From NCBI GenBank assembly GCA_964474375.1, contig CAYYSG010000002.1, positions 980 to 64,979 of the forward strand: a stretch of DNA of 64,000 nt. The letters are read 5' to 3'. Source of the DNA: an uncultured Candidatus Saccharibacteria bacterium. Its GTDB lineage: Bacteria > Patescibacteriota > Minisyncoccia > Phycocordibacterales > UBA9973. The translations under genes were made by a program, and so were the position numbers. Each line of letters begins with the position of its first letter. Within the stretch, counting starts at the first letter, position 1. Of this stretch, positions 9,634 through 18,951 are shown one piece after another. The notes beneath the pieces were generated by a model. The model searched no databases. It saw nothing but the letters and a program-made list of their open reading frames with translations, and was not told the origin of the DNA.

Positions 9634-10713
9634 TTAGTTTATGTTAGTTATTTTGCGGAGGGATTCTTTTCTGGTTTCGAAATCATTCATGAGTTCAAGT
9701 AAAAATAATGATATTGGCATTGCTAAAACTAGTCCCCAAAATCCAGCTAATTTTGCACCAATTAGTAATGCGAGTATCACCATCAGTGGAGAAATACCTG
9801 TTGTTTTTTTGTTCATTAGTGGAACAAAAACATAGCCTTCTAACTGCTGAAGCAAAAAGTAAACCAGCATCACAATTAGACCTAGTTCTATTCCCCCAGC
9901 GGAAAACCCCGCCAAAACAGCTGGAATGGTCGCAAATATCATACCAAAAGGAATCAAGCTACATAACATGGTTAGCAGTGACAAAATCAAAGCATACGGC
10001 ACATCCAACAAATAAAGCACACTGAATGTAATTACAGACATAAGTATAGCTAGTAACATTTGCCCGCGTATCCATAGTGCGATCTTACGTGCGGAGCGGG
10101 ACCACAAATCCACAACGTATTCTTCATACTTTAGTGGCATTATTAGCTTTAGGAAATTCTCTACTCCTTTTTCTTGAATAGAAAGATAGAATGACAAAAC
10201 CATTATCAGTACCAAGTTGGCAACACTACCGAAAAGAGTTTGAACTGTACCGTAGAATGCTCCTGTAACATTTGTAATCAGGGCTTTGGTTGTCGAAGCG
10301 ACTTCAGATGCTGGTAGTTCCCCACCTATTGAATTCAAAAATCCCTGAATGCTGTTTATGAAATTTGGGTCAATTACAGCTTGGAGTTTGTCCTGTGGGA
10401 CGAATTTGGAAAGTGATGTAAAAGCATAAGCAAGTTCATTAAAAAGAGTCGGCACAACTGCATAAGTAATACCAGCAAGACCTGCAATCATAAACAAAAA
10501 TACCAAAACCACGGAAAGAGTCCGAGGAAATTTGTATTTTTTTAATTTACGAGCGACAGCATCTACAAAAGTAGCTATCACAATGGAAACCAATAGCATA
10601 AACAAAATATTGCTAATGGCATACAAAAATACACCCAAAAGTATAAATAATATAATACGGATTATAGTCCCCGTATTTATGTTTACATGTATAGTCTTAT
10701 TCTCCAGGCTCAT
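9634..10713 (-). CDS. AI-2E family (UPF0118/PerM-like) membrane transporter
   Basis: 359 aa, about 8 TM helices, C-terminal G..LVLAMPISL motif typical of family. Confidence 0.55.
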   Translation of the reverse strand: MSLENKTIHVNINTGTIIRIILFILLGVFLYAISNILFMLLVSIVIATFVDAVARKLKKYKFPRTLSVVLVFLFMIAGLAGITYAVVPTLFNELAYAFTSLSKFVPQDKLQAVIDPNFINSIQGFLNSIGGELPASEVASTTKALITNVTGAFYGTVQTLFGSVANLVLIMVLSFYLSIQEKGVENFLKLIMPLKYEEYVVDLWSRSARKIALWIRGQMLLAILMSVITFSVLYLLDVPYALILSLLTMLCSLIPFGMIFATIPAVLAGFSAGGIELGLIVMLVYFLLQQLEGYVFVPLMNKKTTGISPLMVILALLIGAKLAGFWGLVLAMPISLFLLELMNDFETRKESLRKITNIN

Positions 10714-10774
10714 ATAACCAAACTATACCATAATAAACAAAACCATGCCAAATAGGCCTATTCAAGTCCAGCAA

Positions 10775-10797
10775 AAAAGCCGGTAGTCCCGGCTTTT
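10775..10797 (-). terminator. intrinsic terminator (aaaagccgg tagtc ccggctttt)
   Basis: Hairpin + T-run. Confidence 0.55.
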
Positions 10798-10808
10798 AAG
10801 ATTTGTAG

Positions 10809-11036
10809 CTACATGTCGTCAGTTTCGTTGTTTGCTTTTGATTCATTGTGTCGAGGTTGGATATTGCTATCAATACCATCTTCTCCATCGATGTAATCAA
10901 ACTTTGGGGATTGACCGTTTTCTTCTTGCTGTCGAAGTTTGTGGTATAAATCAATATATTTTTGTTTATCTTGATTAGTTAAACCACCCTGTTGATTTTC
11001 TGATTTTTCAGCTTTGTGTGTATTTAATTTATCCAT
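10809..11036 (-). CDS. small acidic hypothetical protein
   Basis: 75-aa ORF directly downstream of glyQS, low complexity. Confidence 0.35.
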   Translation of the reverse strand: MDKLNTHKAEKSENQQGGLTNQDKQKYIDLYHKLRQQEENGQSPKFDYIDGEDGIDSNIQPRHNESKANNETDDM

Positions 11037-11040
11037 AACG

Positions 11041-12423
11041 CTAATTTTTGAAACTTGTTTTTAAGTATACCACAAGCTCCGCAATTGGCACGCGGGTTTG
11101 CTCCATTGTGTCGCGGTCTCTTACAGTAACACACTGATCATTCAAAGTGTCAAAATCATAAGTTATACAGTATGGTGTACCAATTTCGTCTTGTCTACGA
11201 TATCTTTTACCAATACTCTGGGTTTCATCATACTGACACATGAATTCTTCGGACAATTCTTCAAAAAGAGAACTTGCTGGAATAGATAATTCGTCTTTTT
11301 TGGATAGTGGCAGTATTGCAACTTGTACTGGTGCAATATTTTTCGGAATGCGCATGACGACTCGTGTTTCGTCACCAACTATTTCTTCGTCATAACTCTG
11401 AGTTAGTATTGCTAATACTAATCTTCCGACTCCAATACTTGATTCAATGATATGTGGCAGGAAATGCTGTTTCTTTTCTTCGTCAAAATATTCTAATTTT
11501 GTACCACTATGAGTCTGATGCTGGGTCAAATCATAATTACCTCTGGCGTGGATACCTTCTAATTCTTTAAAGCCAAAAGGAAATTTAAATTCAATGTCGT
11601 AGGCTTCTTTAGCATAAAAAACTAAATTGTCATGTTTGTGCCAACGCAAATTTTCTTCTTTTAGACCTAAAGATAGTAAAGATTTCCAGCGGTAATCTTT
11701 AAGTGACTCATATTCAGCCATTTCATTTTCCGGACTTATGAAATATTGCATTTCCATTTGTTCGAATTCGCGAGTACGAAACACAAACTGACGTGCGGCT
11801 ATTTCGTTACGAAAAGCCTTACCTATTTGAGCAATACCAAAAGGTAATTTTACATTTGTTGTATCAATTACATTTTTATAGTTTACGTATATTCCTTGGC
11901 AGGTTTCTCCACGAAGATATGATTTGTTTTCGCCAGTGCCAGTGAAATCCCCCAGGTTGGATTCAACAAGCAAGTTAAATCTTCTGGCTTCTGTAAAATC
12001 ATCCATATTGTAACCATTCTTTTTGAGCGCGTCTTTATTGGACTGCAGAAGATTATTTATTTCATCTATGGTCATTTTTTCATCAGCTAATATACCAATG
12101 TCTTCCAATATGTGGTCAGCACGGACTCGTTCGTGAGTTTTTTTGTTTTCAATTAGTGGGTCTGAGAATCCTGACACATGTCCTGACGCTACCCAAATCT
12201 TTGGTGACATAAATATAGAACTATCTAGCCCAACAATATCAGGTCTTTTCTGAACCATACTTTTCCACCAATGTGATTTTATGTTGTTAGCCAAAAGTAC
12301 ACCCATTGGCCCGTAGTCATAAACCCCACCGAAACCACCATAAATTTCAGATGATGGGTATATAAAACCTCGTCTTTTAGTCAGATTGACGACTTTGTCA
12401 AATATGTCATTTTTCTCTTCCAT
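11041..12423 (-). CDS. glyQS: glycyl-tRNA synthetase (dimeric alpha2 type); start probably at MEEKNDIF (12423), not the ORF-track start 12468
   Basis: YPSSEIYGGFGGVYDYGPMGV class II motif; internal Met removes a 41-nt overlap with the upstream gene. Confidence 0.85.
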   Translation of the reverse strand: MEEKNDIFDKVVNLTKRRGFIYPSSEIYGGFGGVYDYGPMGVLLANNIKSHWWKSMVQKRPDIVGLDSSIFMSPKIWVASGHVSGFSDPLIENKKTHERVRADHILEDIGILADEKMTIDEINNLLQSNKDALKKNGYNMDDFTEARRFNLLVESNLGDFTGTGENKSYLRGETCQGIYVNYKNVIDTTNVKLPFGIAQIGKAFRNEIAARQFVFRTREFEQMEMQYFISPENEMAEYESLKDYRWKSLLSLGLKEENLRWHKHDNLVFYAKEAYDIEFKFPFGFKELEGIHARGNYDLTQHQTHSGTKLEYFDEEKKQHFLPHIIESSIGVGRLVLAILTQSYDEEIVGDETRVVMRIPKNIAPVQVAILPLSKKDELSIPASSLFEELSEEFMCQYDETQSIGKRYRRQDEIGTPYCITYDFDTLNDQCVTVRDRDTMEQTRVPIAELVVYLKTSFKN

Positions 12424-12427
12424 GGGG

Positions 12428-14365
12428 CTATTGTACCACAATGGCGTCACTAGAGGTACCGTTATCAATTCTGGTATTCAGGTTGCCATGCTGGCTTTTT
12501 ACGTCTTTATTTGAGAACAAATCAGTACCAGTAAAACGCAATGTTTGGAGTAATTCAGGCGAAGATTGAATTTGTGAAAGCGACGGGGTTATAGCTACTT
12601 GGAATTCACCAATTCGGGCTTGGGTTGTATTGCCTGCACCAGCAGCAACATTGCCCATGTTCCAAATTACTTCTCTTGTGTCCGGATTATAAGCGATGCG
12701 TTCTTCTCTGGTGACTTTACCTACCCAACGCACATAAAAAGGAAGCTTTGCGGTGTATCTAGCTCCTGTTATTTCGTTATGTGTATTTTCCACAGAAAGA
12801 GTTATTTGATAAATACTTTCATTAGCAACGACAGGAGGTATTGGACCTGATGCATGAATAACAGTTGCATCGATAGTTGGTTCTGTTGTAACTAATACAT
12901 TTGCGGATTCTATATTTTCTAGATTTTGAACAAGCAAACTAGTATCATCCGGTATACCACTAAATGACAACGATAGTTCAACCGATGGATCACGTACAAC
13001 TTTCGGACCGTCTATTGTCCGTGGCAGCACCCGAAAAGAAAAAGTAAGTCTTCCTTCAGTATTAGGCTGGATAATATTTAAGCCTTCCCTTGTGTTTTTG
13101 TCCCAGAATATTTCTTTTTTAACAGAATCATAGAATCCATCAACAGGTAGAATCGAAAACTCATCAAGTGCAGAACCTGATATTTTGACACGAAATACTG
13201 GGTCTATTACAGCACTACTGTATCTATTCCGATAGACAAGAGTTCCTTGGACATATGAGTCAGGTGCAACTGCAATAGTTTTAGCATTTTCACTACCGAG
13301 CAATATATAAGCATCTAGTAGTGGCCGAGCAATGGATAATACGTGGGCTTTTGAAACATAACTAGTTTTTATTGAAGTCTGGTCATCAGGTAATGGGACT
13401 CCTACTGTAAAACGAAATGATCTTTCGTCTCCTTCTTGGGACCCGAATCTACCTGTAATTACCAAGTCTTCGTAGTCGCCCTCCTTTTCGGTATTTAGGA
13501 CCCAAGTACTAACACCATAAGTAACTTCTCTTGAAACAGATTCCGGTGTAAAATCCCGAGGGTAAGCTACATGCAACAGTGATCCTGGTGGCAATGTTTT
13601 GGTATTCTGAGTAATCCGTGCACGCAAAGTATAAAGCTGTCCGGGTGCAATATCTTTCGGAGCATCGACTTCAACGATTACTGGGGACGAACTTATGGTC
13701 AAAGAACTCAAAGATGATTTTGTATAAGTCAGCGATGAGTCCGGCAAAGAATAATCAATTGTGACATTTATATCTTTTTTGCTACCTTGTTCACCATATA
13801 AAATAACGCTGATGGTTTTCGATGATTCAGCACCACTAGGTATATCACCTAGCTCTATTGTTTGCCTTTCAAAATCATCCCGTGATTCAGCTATGCTACC
13901 CCGGGGGTATTCTATTTCTGCATGTACGTTCGTCAAAGAAACATTATTCCTATTTGTTACAGTAATGACTACTGGTAATTCTTCCCCACCACGAGTAAAA
14001 GGTGCGGTCTTGATAGCAATATCAATATGCCTCGATACAAAATTTTCACGTGATTCAGAAAAAAACAATCTATACGTTGTATAAACCGCAGCAAAAAACA
14101 AAATTATAATAGAAAGAATAAAAAACTTTTTTGCAAAAGAATATCTGGATTTGGAAACCTTTAAATCCCCTATTGATGTTTTGGGCATTGGCGAGCGCAT
14201 TTTAAAAGAAGTGCCTCTTAATGGATGATTCTCTACAGTAGGCGCAGGTTTAGAAATACCGTACAATTCAGTTTCACTTTTTTCTATGAAATTTGGATTT
14301 TTATCATTTCCCTGATTTGGCGAATTCATGTGTTTATTATAACACAACAGCCATTCCATTTTCAT
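12428..14365 (-). CDS. membrane-anchored extracytoplasmic protein with CARDB/DUF11-like beta-sandwich repeats
   Basis: Single N-terminal TM (FFILSIIILFFAAVYTTY), repeated VxITVxNxxNxxLTNV-type segments. Confidence 0.45.
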   Translation of the reverse strand: MKMEWLLCYNKHMNSPNQGNDKNPNFIEKSETELYGISKPAPTVENHPLRGTSFKMRSPMPKTSIGDLKVSKSRYSFAKKFFILSIIILFFAAVYTTYRLFFSESRENFVSRHIDIAIKTAPFTRGGEELPVVITVTNRNNVSLTNVHAEIEYPRGSIAESRDDFERQTIELGDIPSGAESSKTISVILYGEQGSKKDINVTIDYSLPDSSLTYTKSSLSSLTISSSPVIVEVDAPKDIAPGQLYTLRARITQNTKTLPPGSLLHVAYPRDFTPESVSREVTYGVSTWVLNTEKEGDYEDLVITGRFGSQEGDERSFRFTVGVPLPDDQTSIKTSYVSKAHVLSIARPLLDAYILLGSENAKTIAVAPDSYVQGTLVYRNRYSSAVIDPVFRVKISGSALDEFSILPVDGFYDSVKKEIFWDKNTREGLNIIQPNTEGRLTFSFRVLPRTIDGPKVVRDPSVELSLSFSGIPDDTSLLVQNLENIESANVLVTTEPTIDATVIHASGPIPPVVANESIYQITLSVENTHNEITGARYTAKLPFYVRWVGKVTREERIAYNPDTREVIWNMGNVAAGAGNTTQARIGEFQVAITPSLSQIQSSPELLQTLRFTGTDLFSNKDVKSQHGNLNTRIDNGTSSDAIVVQ

Positions 14366-14888
14366 TTAAAACGTATTCGTACATTTTAATTTTCTCGGAC
14401 ACGGGCAACATACTGACATCAAAAGGTTGCTTTGTATAACCCAAAGACGTTAGTAATTTCAAAGCGTATTCATAGTAGATATTGTCTACATTTGATTCAG
14501 TAATCATGTTGTTTTCCAAAAAGTACGCCAGATTCTCAAGAACCCGATAAGCTTCGATACTTTCAACCTGACTCGGCAATAAATACATTACCAATTTTGA
14601 AAATCGAGCTAATACAAAATAGGCTTCTTTTTTGTGCATAACAAATCCTTGGTCAGAACTACGGATTTTCACTATTCGGTAGCCGGTGCGACCATGGACC
14701 ACATCAACTGATACATTCGCAAAACGCATCAAGAAACCCCGCATTTTTGAACCAGGTTTAGCGCTAGATATAGCTACAGCTTCAACTAGCCCATTTTCTT
14801 TGGAAAATAGTGTAATTCTTTTGTCGTACTCCGAACTATTTCGCAATTCTAAAATATACCCATTCCATGTGTATACATCGTATGCCAT
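14337..14888 (-). CDS. recO: DNA repair protein RecO (short form)
   Basis: N-terminal OB-fold pattern ILELRNSSEYDKRITLFSKENGLVEAVAISSAKPGSKMRGFL resembles RecO. Confidence 0.5.
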   Translation of the reverse strand: MAYDVYTWNGYILELRNSSEYDKRITLFSKENGLVEAVAISSAKPGSKMRGFLMRFANVSVDVVHGRTGYRIVKIRSSDQGFVMHKKEAYFVLARFSKLVMYLLPSQVESIEAYRVLENLAYFLENNMITESNVDNIYYEYALKLLTSLGYTKQPFDVSMLPVSEKIKMYEYVLNENGMAVVL

Positions 14889-14889
14889 T

Positions 14890-17800
14890 TTATTTTTTTA
14901 GATTAACAGATATCTCCATTTCACCAATTTTTACGATATCTATTTCAAGATTATTTAAGAATTCATATTCAGTTGCTGAAACTTCTTCTAGTAATTTATC
15001 TTTCCAAGAATTAACAAAATCCTGGGCAACATCACCGGCCATGAATTCGATTTTTATTAACTCTTTTGGTTTTAGTCCCATTAGTTTGCGTTTGTCCATA
15101 ATGACGCGGACTAATTCTCTAAAATTACCTTCGGACTTTAGTTCTTCTGTTAGCTCGGTATCCAGATGGATTTCCTTGCCTAGAGCTACAGACCGCACGT
15201 TAAGCTCGTCACACAAAATAGCAACATAATCTTCCGGTATTGGTTTGTTAACTGTTAAACTTTTCAAAGGCTGACGTACTGGGATATTTTTTTCCTTGCG
15301 CAGTGAATGTCCTATTGTTACAAATTCTTTTACTGTGTCCATGGTCTCAATAACTAGGTCAGATTCAGGGATGCTTATTTCTTTTGGCCATGATGAAAGA
15401 TGCACACTGGAAACATCATCTTTGGTTTTTAATTCTTGCCATAATTCTTCCGCAATAAACGGAGCCATTGGTGCGAATAATTGCGAAAGATTTTTCAAAA
15501 CGAAATACAAAGTCTGAAGAGATAAAGTATTACCGTTACGAATTAGATCACGCGAGCGTCTTAAATACCAAGTAGAAAGATCGTCCACGAAGTCACGGAT
15601 ATTTCTGGCAGGTACGAACAATGAATAATTATCCAATGATTCAGTGTTGGATTTTATCAAATTATTTAATTTAGCTAATATCCAAATGTCTAACGGGTTT
15701 TTTGATATTTTGTTTTCTTTGTAGTTCAGCTCATCTTCCCTGACTCTATATAGTTCATAGAAAGAATAGACATTGCGAACAAGGTTAAAGACTTTTTTGT
15801 TTACTTCGTCTACAGTTTTTTCGTCAAAGTTTTTACTGTCACCTGGCTGGTTAACTCCGTACATCCAGAAGCGCAATGTGTCCGCGCCGTATTTTTCAAA
15901 CATATCCCATGGTGATACAACGTTACCTTTGGATTTACTCATTTTTTGACCTTCTTTGTCTAAAATATGCCCCAAACAAATTACATTTTTATAGGCTTCT
16001 TTCCTGCCCAAAAGAGCCGACACAGCATGCAGTGTATAAAACCAACCACGTGTTTGGTCTACAGCTTCACATATAAAATCAGCTGGGAAATAAGTTTTGT
16101 CAGTTTGAAAAGGATATCCGTCTTGAGCAAACGGCATAGCTCCCGAGTCAAACCAAACATCCATGACTTCTTTTACACGTGTTAGTTTATTACCATCATT
16201 ATCATACACTGGGTATTCATCGAGATAAGGACGATGTAAATCCAGCTCGTATTCTTCATTATGAGGCAAAGGAGTAAAATCGATTTTTGTATGAGCACCA
16301 TTTAAAAGAGATTTCTTCAGATCTTCATTTGTATGTCTCCATTCCAAAGATTCTTCTTTGGTTAGACCTTTTGAAATAGATTCCAACATCCAAACACCTA
16401 CACCATGTGTAATTATTAGAATATTTTTATTTTTCAGATTACTATCCAGATCGTAAATAAAATTACCAAATCTGCTTCGGATATCGCTCATGGATTCGCC
16501 ACCCGGAGCTGGGCTCATAAAATGGTTTTTATAATCAACTGCAAAATCCCAATATTCACTCCATTTTTTACCGTTAAATGTACCCATGAAGACTTCGGCG
16601 ATTCTGTCGTCTGTGATTACGCTAGTGGCCGGCATACCTAATGAGTCAGCTATAATTTTTGCAGTTTCTTGTGTCCTAAGGAATGGTGATACATAAATCA
16701 AATCAAACTTTTGTTCTTTAAGAGTTTCTAGTGCCTGGTTGATTTGTTTTATACCTTCGGGGGTTAGAGAGTCATCGTCGTCTTCTTTGGAAGACGCGAT
16801 CCGGTCTTCTAGATTAGCCATCGTTTGACCATGACGCATAACCGTATATGTGTTACCAGACTTTTGAGTATGGTTTTTTAGTTCATCCCGATTTGAAAAA
16901 ATGTATCTTTTGCCAGATTCATCTTCCCATACTGGTAGTGGTGTACCCCAGTAGCGTTCGCGGGATATTGCCCAGTCTTTGACTTCACGAATCCATTCAC
17001 CGAACCGGCCTTGGCCAATATGGTTTGGTTCCCAATTTATGAAATCGTTATTCATTACTAATTCATCGCGCAATTGACTCATACGGATATACCAAGAATC
17101 CCGCGCGTAATAAATAAGCGGAGTAGAACAACGCCAACAATGCGGGTAACTGTGTTCGTATTTTTCTTTTTTAAATAAAAGACTGCCGGACTTTCTGTTA
17201 GCTAAATCTTTGATTATATCGATTGCTACTTCTTCGTCTTTTACAAACCTGTTAGACAAGAAATCTAGATTGTCCAAAAAAGAACCGGCTTCATTTACTA
17301 AATGGTATTTAGGTAGGCCTAGTTTGTTACCTAGGTCAAAGTCGTCCTGTCCATACATGACAGCCGTATGAACAACCCCTGTACCATCAACCGCTGTTAC
17401 GAAATCCGCTGGATACATTTTAAAAGCCTTTTCTTTTGATTCAACATAAGCTGGCAAATCATTGATACTGTCTTTTAAAAATGGATATAGTGGTTCATAC
17501 GTAAGACCAACTAGCTTCCCGCCGGCAATTTCCTCTTGCACTGAATATTCACCTTCTAGGATACTGAGTCTGTCTTTTGCCAAAATAAAATATTCGCCAT
17601 TTAAAGCTACTTTTACATATGTCATTTCGGGGTTCACAGCCAAAGCCACATTGCCGGGTAATGTCCACGGTGTTGTAGTCCATGCTAATACAAAAGTATT
17701 TTCTTCACCTACTAATTTAAATTTTGCAGTGACAGACAGATCTTTGACATCTTTGTACCCTTGAGCTAATTCGTGTGATGACAAGGCCGTACCACACCTA

Positions 17801-18345
17801 GCGCACCATGGGACAATACGATAATCTTTATACAATAAATCCTTCTTTTCTACTTCACCAAGAATACTCCACAGTGATTCAATGTATTCTGATTTGTAAG
17901 TTATATAAGGATTTTTCAAATCAACCCAATAAGCACTGCGGTTTGTGAACTTTTCCCATTCGTCGATATAAGTCCAGACGCTTTCACGACATTTTTTATT
18001 GAATTTATCTATTCCGTATTCTTCAATTTGTTTTTTGGAAGTTAGACCCAGTTCTTTTTCAACTTGCAGTTCCACTGGCAAGCCATGTGTATCCCAGCCA
18101 CCTTTGCGGCGAACATGATAGCCTTGCATGGTTTTATAACGCGGAATAGCATCTTTAAAAGCCCGCGCCTCTAGATGGTGAATACCAGGTCGTCCATTAG
18201 CTGTTGGCGGTCCATCATAAAACACGAATTCGCCATTCGGTGAATCCTTCTCTAAAGATTTTTCAAAAATATTATTCTTTTTCCAGAACTCTATTATGTC
18301 TAATTCTTTTTCATTATTTGTTTTGTTTTGCTTTTTTTCTTCCAT
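14890..18345 (-). CDS. ileS: isoleucyl-tRNA synthetase carrying an inserted histidine-phosphatase (PGAM-like) domain
   Basis: DGPPTANG, WCARCGTAL, TTTPWTLP, WAISRERYWGTPLP, KMSKSKGNV; residues about 497-697 show RHGQT...SPFLRTQETA...ITHG His-phosphatase motifs. Confidence 0.85.
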   Translation of the reverse strand: MEEKKQNKTNNEKELDIIEFWKKNNIFEKSLEKDSPNGEFVFYDGPPTANGRPGIHHLEARAFKDAIPRYKTMQGYHVRRKGGWDTHGLPVELQVEKELGLTSKKQIEEYGIDKFNKKCRESVWTYIDEWEKFTNRSAYWVDLKNPYITYKSEYIESLWSILGEVEKKDLLYKDYRIVPWCARCGTALSSHELAQGYKDVKDLSVTAKFKLVGEENTFVLAWTTTPWTLPGNVALAVNPEMTYVKVALNGEYFILAKDRLSILEGEYSVQEEIAGGKLVGLTYEPLYPFLKDSINDLPAYVESKEKAFKMYPADFVTAVDGTGVVHTAVMYGQDDFDLGNKLGLPKYHLVNEAGSFLDNLDFLSNRFVKDEEVAIDIIKDLANRKSGSLLFKKEKYEHSYPHCWRCSTPLIYYARDSWYIRMSQLRDELVMNNDFINWEPNHIGQGRFGEWIREVKDWAISRERYWGTPLPVWEDESGKRYIFSNRDELKNHTQKSGNTYTVMRHGQTMANLEDRIASSKEDDDDSLTPEGIKQINQALETLKEQKFDLIYVSPFLRTQETAKIIADSLGMPATSVITDDRIAEVFMGTFNGKKWSEYWDFAVDYKNHFMSPAPGGESMSDIRSRFGNFIYDLDSNLKNKNILIITHGVGVWMLESISKGLTKEESLEWRHTNEDLKKSLLNGAHTKIDFTPLPHNEEYELDLHRPYLDEYPVYDNDGNKLTRVKEVMDVWFDSGAMPFAQDGYPFQTDKTYFPADFICEAVDQTRGWFYTLHAVSALLGRKEAYKNVICLGHILDKEGQKMSKSKGNVVSPWDMFEKYGADTLRFWMYGVNQPGDSKNFDEKTVDEVNKKVFNLVRNVYSFYELYRVREDELNYKENKISKNPLDIWILAKLNNLIKSNTESLDNYSLFVPARNIRDFVDDLSTWYLRRSRDLIRNGNTLSLQTLYFVLKNLSQLFAPMAPFIAEELWQELKTKDDVSSVHLSSWPKEISIPESDLVIETMDTVKEFVTIGHSLRKEKNIPVRQPLKSLTVNKPIPEDYVAILCDELNVRSVALGKEIHLDTELTEELKSEGNFRELVRVIMDKRKLMGLKPKELIKIEFMAGDVAQDFVNSWKDKLLEEVSATEYEFLNNLEIDIVKIGEMEISVNLKK

Positions 18346-18464
18346 AATTAATAAAAGTTTGTAAATGAAGTTAGTTGTCTTTTTGGAAATGTCTGGCCGA
18401 GCTTTTTGCGCCTAGCGAGGAGAACCGAGGACTTTTCAAAAAGATTACTAACGAAATTATAATT

Positions 18465-18657
18465 TATAAAAAAACTCGTCCACATACAACAAAATTAATT
18501 GTTATATAAGGACGAGTTTCACTCGTGGTACCACCTTAATTACTTCTCATTTGCTGGGTTCTACTGATTTACCGCCCGCTGTAAGCGAGGTAAAATTTCT
18601 TCCCAAAGCGTGCCTTGTAAAATACAGACTCGGGGCTGATAACCCCTATAACGCTTA
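18465..18657 (-). promoter_or_regulatory. T-box riboswitch leader of ileS (T-box sequence at 18522-18541, terminator stem 18474-18481/18510-18517, U-tract 18465-18473)
   Basis: Minus-strand AATTAAGGTGGTACCACGAG closely matches the T-box consensus (AAUUAGGGUGGNACCGCG); terminator hairpin aactcgtcc...ggacgagtt plus 7 T follows; ATCA candidate Ile specifier about 30 nt upstream of the T-box sequence. Confidence 0.7.
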
Positions 18658-18664
18658 TATATAC

Positions 18665-18693
18665 ATTATACATCATTTGACAAAGATTTTCAA
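18665..18693 (-). promoter_or_regulatory. sigma70-like promoter of the ileS leader (TTGAAA-17 bp-TATAAT)
   Basis: Read on the minus strand; gives a leader of about 310 nt, typical for T-box. Confidence 0.55.
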
Positions 18694-18713
18694 CAAAGCC
18701 ATAATAAATTTAT

Positions 18714-18938
18714 ATGATAGAATTTCGCAAAAAGATAGATATGCCGAATTTAGAAATTAATTCTGAAGGAGGCCAGAAAGGTAAAGAGGCCCCAGAAGAA
18801 CAAGTTGTAAAAGAACCACAAACTAACCCGAACGAAGAAATTGATGGGGGTAATGACCAAAACCAAACCGGAGACAAACAAAGATTAAGAAAAGAAGGTA
18901 ACGACGAGAACAAAAGACAAAAAGAGGCAGGTAAATAG
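18714..18938 (+). CDS. small highly charged K/E/Q-rich hypothetical protein
   Basis: 74-aa ORF in the ileS-dut intergenic region; low complexity; could be spurious. Confidence 0.25.
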   Translation: MIEFRKKIDMPNLEINSEGGQKGKEAPEEQVVKEPQTNPNEEIDGGNDQNQTGDKQRLRKEGNDENKRQKEAGK

Positions 18939-18951
18939 CTTGCTTCTTTTT

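Noticed and set aside
12424-12468. Longer glyQS start creating 41-nt overlap with the upstream 645-aa gene
   Set aside because: The internal Met at 12423 begins the conserved GlyRS N-terminus and removes the overlap.
16255-16857. Possibility that the ileS insertion is an intein or a mobile element
   Set aside because: No Cys/Ser/Thr plus His-Asn splice-junction residues and no homing-endonuclease motifs. The segment has a complete phosphatase fold signature, so it is treated as a domain insertion.
18551-18760. 69-aa plus-strand ORF between ileS and dut
   Set aside because: Lies entirely within the minus-strand T-box leader and promoter of ileS. Spurious.
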